This document shows positions 50,750-61,373 of a stretch of 64,000 bases of DNA, one piece after another. Numbering within the stretch: the stretch's first letter is position 1; each line of letters opens with the position of its first letter. The DNA is from Anaeromyxobacter oryzae (lineage in GTDB: Bacteria; Myxococcota; Myxococcia; Myxococcales; Anaeromyxobacteraceae). Under the pieces are notes generated by a model. That model saw only the letters and a program-made list of their open reading frames with translations. It searched no databases and was not told where the DNA came from. The stretch lies in the NCBI RefSeq assembly GCF_023169945.1, contig NZ_AP025591.1:3156481-3220480 (forward strand), written 5' to 3'. The position numbers and the translations under genes are program-made.

Positions 50750-51631
50750 CTACCCGGGCGTGTCGCGGGTCGCGAGCGCCGCGGCGGCGAGCACCATCCC
50801 GGCCCCGCCGGCCATGTTCCACGAGAGCGGCTCCCCGAGCACCACCGCGCCGAGGAAGACCGCGACCGTCGTGTCGAGGAGCGGGATCGCGCCGATCGCC
50901 GCGATGGGGACGCGGGGCACGAGCCAGTACAGGCCGAGGTAGGTGAGGGCGGTCCCGAACACCGCGAGGTAGAGCAGCGCGCCCCAGGCGCGCGGCGTGA
51001 ACGCGACCGGCGCGCCGCGCTCGAGGAGGGCGGCCGCGGCGAGCAGGACCGCGGACCCGACGATGGTCTGGCCGGCGGTGAGGGCGAGCGGCGTGAGGGT
51101 GACGAGGTGACGGCGCGCGAGGACGTTGGCGATCGCGACCACGATCGAGGCCAGGACGATGAGCGCGCTCCCGAGCGCGAGCGTGCGGGAGGTCTCGAGG
51201 TCCTGGAGGTGCGGCCACTGGAGCACCGCGACGCCGCCGACCCCCAGCACCGCCGAGAGGAGCTTCCCGGGCCCGAGCCGCTCGCCTGGGAGGAGCACCC
51301 GTGCGACGAGGGCGATCCAGACGGGGAAGGTCGCGAAGAGGACCGCCGAGAGGCCCGACGGGACCCACTGCTGGGCCGCGAACAGGAGGCCGTAGGGCAC
51401 CGCGATCTGGAAGAGGCCGACGAGCGCGACGCGGGCGCGGAGGGGGCCCACGACCTCGCGCCAGTGGCCGCCCCGGAGAGCGAACGGCGCGAGGATCGCC
51501 GCCGCGAGCGACATGCGGACGCCCGCGAAGAGGAGCGGCGGGAGATCCGCGAGCCCGAGCCGCACCACGAGCCAGGTCGAGCCCCAGAGGAACGCCACCG
51601 CGACGTAGACGAGGCCGATCCGGGTGCGCAT
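50750..51631 (-). CDS. EamA/DMT-family transporter
   Basis: 10 TM helices; two EamA-like halves. Confidence 0.7.
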   Translation of the reverse strand: MRTRIGLVYVAVAFLWGSTWLVVRLGLADLPPLLFAGVRMSLAAAILAPFALRGGHWREVVGPLRARVALVGLFQIAVPYGLLFAAQQWVPSGLSAVLFATFPVWIALVARVLLPGERLGPGKLLSAVLGVGGVAVLQWPHLQDLETSRTLALGSALIVLASIVVAIANVLARRHLVTLTPLALTAGQTIVGSAVLLAAAALLERGAPVAFTPRAWGALLYLAVFGTALTYLGLYWLVPRVPIAAIGAIPLLDTTVAVFLGAVVLGEPLSWNMAGGAGMVLAAAALATRDTPG

Positions 51632-51651
51632 CGCCGCCGATCCGGGCGCGA

Positions 51652-52719
51652 TCACGGCATGAGCGGCAGGTTCACGAACCAGACCGCGGCGCCCGCGGCG
51701 AGGGCGAGCGCCGCGAGGACCGCGAGCCGGGCCCGGCGCCGGCGGGCGACCGGGAACTCCACCGCCGTGCGCGTGCCGCGTGCGTCGGCGATCCGGGTCG
51801 CCTGCAGGGTCGCGAGGTCCATCTTCGAGAGCGCGATCTCCTCGGTGGCGAAGCCGCGGTGCGCGAGGAGCGCGACGAGGCGGGCGCGCGGGTGCGTCTT
51901 GCGGAGCCGGCGGGCCGCGGCGGCGGCGAGGGCGCGCGAGAGATCGCCGGCCGACTTCCACCGCCGGTCGGGCCGCCGGGCGAGGCAGCGCTCCACGATC
52001 CGCGCGATCCGGCGCGGGCAGTCCGGCGCGAGCGCGCGCAGGCGCCGGAACCGGCCCTTGCGGATCGCGCCGAAGAGCTGGTCGGCGTTCGCGCCGCGGA
52101 ACGGCTTCTCGCCCGCGACGAGCTCGTAGAGCGTGACCCCGAGCGCCCAGACGTCGGCGGCCGGTCCGGCCTCCTCGCCGCCGAGCACCTCCGGCGCCAT
52201 GTACGACGGGCTCCCGACGAGCATGCCGGCGCGGGTGAGCGCGGGATCGTCCTCGCCCTTGGCGATCCCGAAGTCCATGAGCTTCACCTCGCCGTCGCGC
52301 GAGACCATGACGTTCGCCGGCTTCACGTCGCGGTGGAGGAGCCCGTTGAAGTGGACGTAGTCGAGCGCCTCGCCGACGCGCGCGCCGATGATGGCGGCGC
52401 ACTCCGCGGGGACCGCGCCGCCCGCCTGGAGCAGCCGCGCGAGATCCGCGCCGTCCACGAAGTCGGTGACGAGGTAGAGCTGCTCGTCCTTCTCCACGAG
52501 GTCGTGCACGGCGACGATCGCCTCGTGCCGGAGCCGCGCGTAGGCCCGCCCCTCACGGCGGAAGCGCTCCACGACCTCCTTCGACCGCGCGATCTTCTGG
52601 TCGAGCGCCTTCACCGCCACGGGCCGGTCGAGACCTTCCTGGAAGGCCTCGTACACCACGCCCATGCCGCCGCGCCCGATCTCCCGGACGACCCGGCTCG
52701 TGCCGACCTTGCGGATCAT
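51652..52719 (-). CDS. serine/threonine protein kinase with C-terminal TM anchor
   Basis: GRGGMGVVYEA...AVK (G-loop/Lys), HRDVKPANV, DFG, APE motifs; C-terminal LAVLAALALAAGAAVWFV. Confidence 0.85.
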   Translation of the reverse strand: MIRKVGTSRVVREIGRGGMGVVYEAFQEGLDRPVAVKALDQKIARSKEVVERFRREGRAYARLRHEAIVAVHDLVEKDEQLYLVTDFVDGADLARLLQAGGAVPAECAAIIGARVGEALDYVHFNGLLHRDVKPANVMVSRDGEVKLMDFGIAKGEDDPALTRAGMLVGSPSYMAPEVLGGEEAGPAADVWALGVTLYELVAGEKPFRGANADQLFGAIRKGRFRRLRALAPDCPRRIARIVERCLARRPDRRWKSAGDLSRALAAAAARRLRKTHPRARLVALLAHRGFATEEIALSKMDLATLQATRIADARGTRTAVEFPVARRRRARLAVLAALALAAGAAVWFVNLPLMP

Positions 52720-52914
52720 GCGGGGCGGAGGATCGCCCGCCCGGCCGGTAGACCTCAAGGGGACGCCGCTCGTGCCGAGATCTGCACCGGTTGCGCGGAT
52801 GGAAGGGACTGACATCCGCATCGGTTGCAAAGCAGGTGATCGGATCTGCTACACTTCGCCGCTCCGACACTGGAACCGGCGGCGTCGCCAGGAAGGTCCG
52901 GTAGTTGGAGGGCC

Positions 52915-52950
52915 TTCATTGACTGGGATCATTTCTGCAAGGTTTGCGTT
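52915..52950 (+). promoter_or_regulatory. possible promoter upstream of PFOR (AT-richer island with TTGACT)
   Basis: ttgactgggatcatttctgcaaggtttgcg is the only AT-rich patch in the 285-bp intergenic region; no convincing -10. Confidence 0.2.
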
Positions 52951-53002
52951 CGGACGCACGTAGCGTCGAGACGCGCACTCCCTGCACCGACGAGGAGAAC
53001 AC

Positions 53003-56596
<3,594 letters not shown>

Positions 56597-56612
56597 GCGC
56601 ACCTGAAGGCTC

Positions 56613-56660
56613 GACGGCGGCCCGGTCCTGCTTCCTGCGGGGCCGGGCCGTCGTGTCTCG
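56613..56660. repeat. GC-rich hairpin element, family copy C (3' of PFOR)
   Basis: GACGGCGGCCCGGTCC-tgcttcctgc-GGGGCCGGGCCGTCGTGTCTCGG; about 90% identical to copy D. Confidence 0.55.
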
Positions 56661-56800
56661 GGGTGCTGGCAACGCCGTTCGCCCTGAGCCCGCCGAAGGG
56701 CCCGGCGAGGCCCCGCTCCCCTGCCCGAGGGCGGCGGTCCACCTGGGCCGGCGCGCGGCGCACGGCCCGCGTTTAGCAACCTCCGTCGAGGCCTTTCACG

Positions 56801-58306
56801 ATGGCGCTCGCCTCCATCGAACGGCTCGACGAGCTCCCGGGCGATCTCTGCGCCGCGCTGCGACGGCGGTTCGACGACGTCGGCTTCGATCGCCGCGTGC
56901 TATCCGTCGCGGCCGACGGGGCGGCGGCGCTGTTCGAGGGCCTCCGGTTCCCGCTCGCCCGGGCGATCCTGGAGACGCGGGAGGATCCGGGCTCGCGCCT
57001 CGCGCTGCTGTTCACGTTCGCGGGGGAGGTGCCGGAGGAGAGCGCGCGCGACGCGCTCGGGCCCGTCGCCGGCGACGCGCTCGTCGCGGCGGGGGTCCTC
57101 GTCCGGACGCCCGGCGGCGCCCTGCGCTCCGCGTACCGGGTGACGCCGTACGAGGGGCTCTGGATCTTCACGGACCACCTCGTCTCCGGCAGCGACACGG
57201 TCATGGTGCCCGGCGCGACGACCGGCCGGCTCGTCGACCTCATGCCTCCCGCCCTGACGGGCGGGATGCTCGACCTCGGGTGCGGGCACGGCCTGATCGC
57301 GCTGGTCGCCGCGCGGCGCGGGGCGGCGCCCGTGATCGGGACCGACATCAACGCGCGCGCGATCGGCCTCGCCCGGTTCAACGCACGGTTCAACGGGGTC
57401 GCCGCGGAGTTCCACGTCGGTGATCGGGCCGCGCCCGTCCAGGGTCGGCGGTTCGAGCTGGTGATGGCGCAGCCGCCGTACGTCGCTCGCCCGGCGGACT
57501 CCGTCGCGGCGACGTACATGCACGGCGGGGCGCTCGGAGACGAGCTGGCGCTGCGGTTCGTGGCCGCGATCCCGCCGGTGCTCGCCGAGGGCGGCCGCGC
57601 CCTGGTGTGCTTCGACTCGGCCGTCCGTCCGGGCACGGCGCCCACGACGCTCGTGCGGGACGCGATGGGCGACCCGCTGGTGGACCTCGTCCTGCTGCTC
57701 GAGCCGGGGTTGCCGCCGGAGCAGCAGGCGGTCGCGTACGCCTCGGTGGAGGCTCCCGACCTCGGCCCGGCCTACGCCGCCGCCGTCCGCCGGTATCACC
57801 GCCACTTCCTCGCGGTCGGCGCCGCCGCGTTCCACCACGTCGTCGCGATCCTGCGACGCCGCCCGCCGGGCGCGGGGGGCGCGGCGCCGTTCGTGCACGG
57901 CCTGTCGACGGCGTTCCTCGCCGGTGGCACCTCCGCGACGATCGACGCGCTCCTCGAGTCCCTCGACCTCGCCGCCTCCGGCGACGACGCGCTGCTCGCG
58001 GCCGCGGTGCGATGCTCCCCCTGCACGCGCTGGGTCGACGAGCGGCCACGGCCCGACGCGCGGCTCGCGCCGGCTCACGCGGTCCGGTTCGGCGCCGGGA
58101 CCGTGGGCACCAACCGCTCCTTCGAGGAGCAGGAGTACGCGCTGCTGTCCCTGCTCGACGGCTGCGACTCGGTGGCCTTCGCGATCGAGCGGTTCGCGGG
58201 CACGGCCGCGGCGCCCTCCGACGGGCTGCGCGCGAGCGTGCTCGGGTTCGTCCGGCAGGGGCTCACGAGCGGTCTGCTCGAGCCGCGGAGCACCGCAGGG
58301 CGCTGA
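56801..58306 (+). CDS. HemK-like SAM-dependent methyltransferase fused to a C-terminal PqqD-like RiPP recognition element (candidate RiPP-modifying enzyme)
   Basis: motif I LDLGCGHGLIAL, GTDIN, motif IV QPPY (NPPY-class amino-MTase); residues ~445-480 SFEEQEYALLSLLDGCDSVAFAIERF resemble the PqqD [29 protein letters not shown] core. Confidence 0.6.
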   Translation: MALASIERLDELPGDLCAALRRRFDDVGFDRRVLSVAADGAAALFEGLRFPLARAILETREDPGSRLALLFTFAGEVPEESARDALGPVAGDALVAAGVLVRTPGGALRSAYRVTPYEGLWIFTDHLVSGSDTVMVPGATTGRLVDLMPPALTGGMLDLGCGHGLIALVAARRGAAPVIGTDINARAIGLARFNARFNGVAAEFHVGDRAAPVQGRRFELVMAQPPYVARPADSVAATYMHGGALGDELALRFVAAIPPVLAEGGRALVCFDSAVRPGTAPTTLVRDAMGDPLVDLVLLLEPGLPPEQQAVAYASVEAPDLGPAYAAAVRRYHRHFLAVGAAAFHHVVAILRRRPPGAGGAAPFVHGLSTAFLAGGTSATIDALLESLDLAASGDDALLAAAVRCSPCTRWVDERPRPDARLAPAHAVRFGAGTVGTNRSFEEQEYALLSLLDGCDSVAFAIERFAGTAAAPSDGLRASVLGFVRQGLTSGLLEPRSTAGR

Positions 58307-58417
58307 CCCTCGCGGGGCGGGCGACGCCCCGCGACGTCAGGTTCGGCCGGTCTCGCCGTCCACCCACCCGAGCAGCCGCCACGTCGCGGCACACACACTC
58401 GAAAGGGAATTCGTTCA

Positions 58418-58608
58418 TGGACGACAGGAAGCCGAAGGTGCTGAACGACGACGAGCTCCGGGTCGCGGCCGGCGGCGCGCGCATCTTCCGGGAGCCGGGC
58501 CTCGACGTCTCCGGGTACAAGTTCGCCCCGATCGCCGGACACAAGTTCGCGCCGATCGGCGGGGTCGACCTCCCCCCGGTCCTCTACAAGTTCTCGCCGC
58601 TGGTCTGA
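58418..58608 (+). CDS. candidate RiPP precursor peptide (63 aa) with double-glycine/NHLP-like leader
   Basis: AAGGGA RBS 8 nt upstream of ATG; all-G/C third positions; leader MDDRKPKVLNDDELRVAAGG; core ARIFREPGLDVSGYKFAPIAGHKFAPIGGVDLPPVLYKFSPLV with three [Y/H]KF[A/S]P[I/L] repeats. Confidence 0.55.
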
Positions 58609-58637
58609 TCGGCGGCCGGCGCCCGCGGCGCGACCGC

Positions 58638-58690
58638 GACGGGCGGCCCGGTCCCGCGCTCCGCGGGGCCGGGCCGTCGTGTCTCCGGAT
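58638..58690. repeat. GC-rich hairpin element, family copy D (between the convergent peptide and EEP genes)
   Basis: GACGGGCGGCCCGGTCC-cgcgctccgc-GGGGCCGGGCCGTCGTGTCTCCGG. Confidence 0.55.
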
Positions 58691-59841
58691 CACCGCGCCG
58701 CCTGCAGCTCCGCACCTGGCGACGCGATCCGCAGCTCGGCGACGAGGCCGGCGTGGTCGCTCGGCCAGAGGCCCGACACCTGCGCGGTGCCGACGACCTC
58801 GGCGTCGGCCGGCGTGAACGGCCCCCGGAACAGCGCGTAGTCGATCCGCGTCTCGAGCGTGTCCGGCAGCGTGAGGTCCTCGAGGTAGCAGCAGGTGAGG
58901 CCGGCGGCGGCCGGGTAGAGCGCCGCCCAGGTGTCGGTGAAGCCGCCCTCGTCCACGAGCACGGCCGCGCCCTGCGTTCCCGGCTCGGAGTTCAGGTCGC
59001 CGACCACCACGACGGGCCGGGTCTCTCCCGCGAGCGCCTGGACGAGCTCGCCGGCCTGCACGGTCCGCACCGTCTCGTCGAACGCCTCCAGGTGCGTCGA
59101 GACGAACCGGATCCACTGCCCGCGCTCCTTCGCGAGGACGGTCGCCCAGCCGCGGGGCACCGGGAGCTGCCGGCCGAGCACGCCGACCGAGAGCAGCGTC
59201 GGGTACACGTGACCCTCCGGGCTCGCGGTCGGGACGTCCTCGCGGGCGAGGACGACGCCGTGGTCCGTGAGCCGCACGTCGTCGAAGACGCCCGGGGACG
59301 CGGTCGCCACCGGCGCCTCGAAGTCGAACAGCGTCACCGACGCGGCGACGCGGTAGTGGAGGCTCCGGGCGCGGAGCGCGTCGAGGAGCTCCTGCACGTA
59401 GTCGTAGACCACCTCCGTCGCCGGCGTGGTGCCACCGGCGATGGCGTCACCGGGCGACTGGATCCGCCAGAGGTACGCCTCCTGGAGCCCGACCAGCTCC
59501 GGCCGCGACGCGGCGATCTCGTCGGCGACCGCCTCGGCGCGGACGTGGAACGAGTTCCGGTTCACCATCGCCCAGACCACCGTCGTCGCCCCGAGGAACG
59601 CCTCCGGCGTCGTGGCCGCCATCACCGGGCCGAGATCCGCGCCGAGGTAGAGGTTCCGCGACATGACGGTGAGCTCGCGGCCGACGTGGCGGCCGGCGTC
59701 GGCGATCGCGGCGCCGGCGCTCGAGGGCGGCGCGGCGGCCCCCGCGCGCTCGGTGGCGGCCGGGGAGGCGCCGCCGCTGCACGCGAGGGAGAGGACGAGG
59801 GAGAGGCCGAGGGTGGGGGCGACGATCCGGGGGACGCGCAT
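58690..59841 (-). CDS. endonuclease/exonuclease/phosphatase (EEP) family lipoprotein
   Basis: lipobox LVLSLACSGG; MSRNLYLGADL...ELVGLQEA...VVVGDLNSEP...WPSDHAGL are EEP catalytic motifs. Confidence 0.7.
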   Translation of the reverse strand: MRVPRIVAPTLGLSLVLSLACSGGASPAATERAGAAAPPSSAGAAIADAGRHVGRELTVMSRNLYLGADLGPVMAATTPEAFLGATTVVWAMVNRNSFHVRAEAVADEIAASRPELVGLQEAYLWRIQSPGDAIAGGTTPATEVVYDYVQELLDALRARSLHYRVAASVTLFDFEAPVATASPGVFDDVRLTDHGVVLAREDVPTASPEGHVYPTLLSVGVLGRQLPVPRGWATVLAKERGQWIRFVSTHLEAFDETVRTVQAGELVQALAGETRPVVVVGDLNSEPGTQGAAVLVDEGGFTDTWAALYPAAAGLTCCYLEDLTLPDTLETRIDYALFRGPFTPADAEVVGTAQVSGLWPSDHAGLVAELRIASPGAELQAAR

Positions 59842-60051
59842 GTGGACCTCTGGTCGGGGGATGGAGGAGCGCGGCTTCCGTAGGCCGCTCGCCTCCCCGG
59901 CGCCAGCCCGGATCGGGCGCGTCGCGGCTCCCCGCGCGGGCTCGCGCAACTGCCAAGCGGGGTGTCCTGCGCGGCCCCACGAGGTCACCGCGCGGGGGCT
60001 TCGCTCGGCGGATAATCGGCGATTCGAAGTGAACCGAAGGGGCACGACGGC

Positions 60052-61212
60052 ATGGGTCGCGGCGACAACCCGAACGTCTCGCGCGCGCTGGCGGCGATCG
60101 CAGTCCTCGCCCTGGTCGTCGGTTGCCGGGGCGGCGGCGCCAAGCAGGACGACGCGGCGGCCACGCCACCGCCCGATCGACAGCCCGTCATGCTCGGGCC
60201 CGAGAACGTCGCGGTCGTCGCGGAGCGGACGCTGCAGGCCGGCCCCGAGATCTCCGGCACGCTCCGGGCGAAGCGCGCCGCGAGCATCCGCGCGGAGGTC
60301 GGCGGAGCGGTCCACGACGTCGCGGTGGACGCCGGGGAGCGCGTGAAGGAGGGTCAGCTCCTCGCGCGGATCGACGCCCCGGCGCTCGCGGACGCGGTGA
60401 ACGCGGCGCGGTCGGGCATCGTCGCGGCGCAGAACAACCTGCGGGTCGCCGAGGCGGGTGCCCGGCGGGCCCGGACGCTGGCCGACGCGGGCGCGATGGC
60501 GGCCCAGGACGCGGAGCGCGCGGAGGCCCAGGTCGAGGCGGCGCGCGCCCAGCTCGCCGACGCGCAGTCCCGCGCGGCGGCCGCCGAGCAGCAGGCGGGG
60601 AAGACCCGCATCCGCGCGCCGTTCGCCGGTGTCGTGTCCGAGCGGGCCGTCTCCGCGGGCGACGTCGTCGCCTCCGGCGCGGCGCTGTACACCGTGATCG
60701 ACCCCCGGCGCCTCCAGTTCGACGCGTCCGTCCCCGCGGCGCGCATCGGCGACGTGAGGCCCGGCGCGGACGTGGACTTCACCGTCACCGGCTTCGGCGA
60801 CCGGGTGTTCACCGGGCGCATCGAGCGCGTCAACCCCGCGGTGGACCCGGCCACCGGGCAGGTCCGCGTCTACGTCGACGTGCCGAACGACGAAGGGCGG
60901 CTGATCTCCGGGCTGTACGCGCAGGGACGCGTCACGACCGAGAGCAGCACCGCGCCTGCGGCGCCGGTGAGCGCGGTGGACGCGACCTCGTCGCCGCCCA
61001 CGGTGATGCGCGTCTCGGGCGGCACCGTCGAGAAGGTGCCGGTCACGCTCGGTCTGCGCGACGAGGTGGCGGGCGCGGTCGGGTTCCGGTCGGGCGTGAA
61101 GCCCGGGGACGTGCTCGTCCTCGGGTCGGCACGGGGGATGCTCTCCGCCGGCACCCCGGTCCGGCTCGCGGAGGAGGTCGGCGCGCGCGGCGAGGAGAAG
61201 ACGCCGAACTGA
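60052..61212 (+). CDS. RND efflux periplasmic adaptor (membrane fusion protein)
   Basis: lipobox LALVVGC; biotin-lipoyl-like and coiled-coil hairpin segments; the barrel region reads GDRVFTGRIERVNPAVDPATGQVRVYVDVPNDEGRLISGLYAQGRV. Confidence 0.8.
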   Translation: MGRGDNPNVSRALAAIAVLALVVGCRGGGAKQDDAAATPPPDRQPVMLGPENVAVVAERTLQAGPEISGTLRAKRAASIRAEVGGAVHDVAVDAGERVKEGQLLARIDAPALADAVNAARSGIVAAQNNLRVAEAGARRARTLADAGAMAAQDAERAEAQVEAARAQLADAQSRAAAAEQQAGKTRIRAPFAGVVSERAVSAGDVVASGAALYTVIDPRRLQFDASVPAARIGDVRPGADVDFTVTGFGDRVFTGRIERVNPAVDPATGQVRVYVDVPNDEGRLISGLYAQGRVTTESSTAPAAPVSAVDATSSPPTVMRVSGGTVEKVPVTLGLRDEVAGAVGFRSGVKPGDVLVLGSARGMLSAGTPVRLAEEVGARGEEKTPN

Positions 61213-61262
61213 GGAAGTGATGGATCCTCGAGAGCCAGCGAGCGTAGCGAGCCTGCCGGGGC

Positions 61263-61297
61263 GCCACCGCGGAAACGGCGAAGCCGTTCGCGGTGGC
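61263..61297. other. perfect 9-bp hairpin in the MFP-RND intergenic region
   Basis: GCCACCGCG-n17-CGCGGTGGC. Confidence 0.4.
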
Positions 61298-61373
61298 GCA
61301 TGGGACCCGGCGAGCCGGGGTGGGGCCCCGACGAGCTTCGCTCGGCGGGGCGGGGGCGCAGCCCCCGATTAGA

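Noticed and set aside
48901-50946. 681-aa plus-strand ORF opposite the multiheme gene
   Set aside because: The minus strand carries 13 regularly spaced heme-binding motifs and a lipobox. The plus ORF is Arg/Gly/Val-rich noise.
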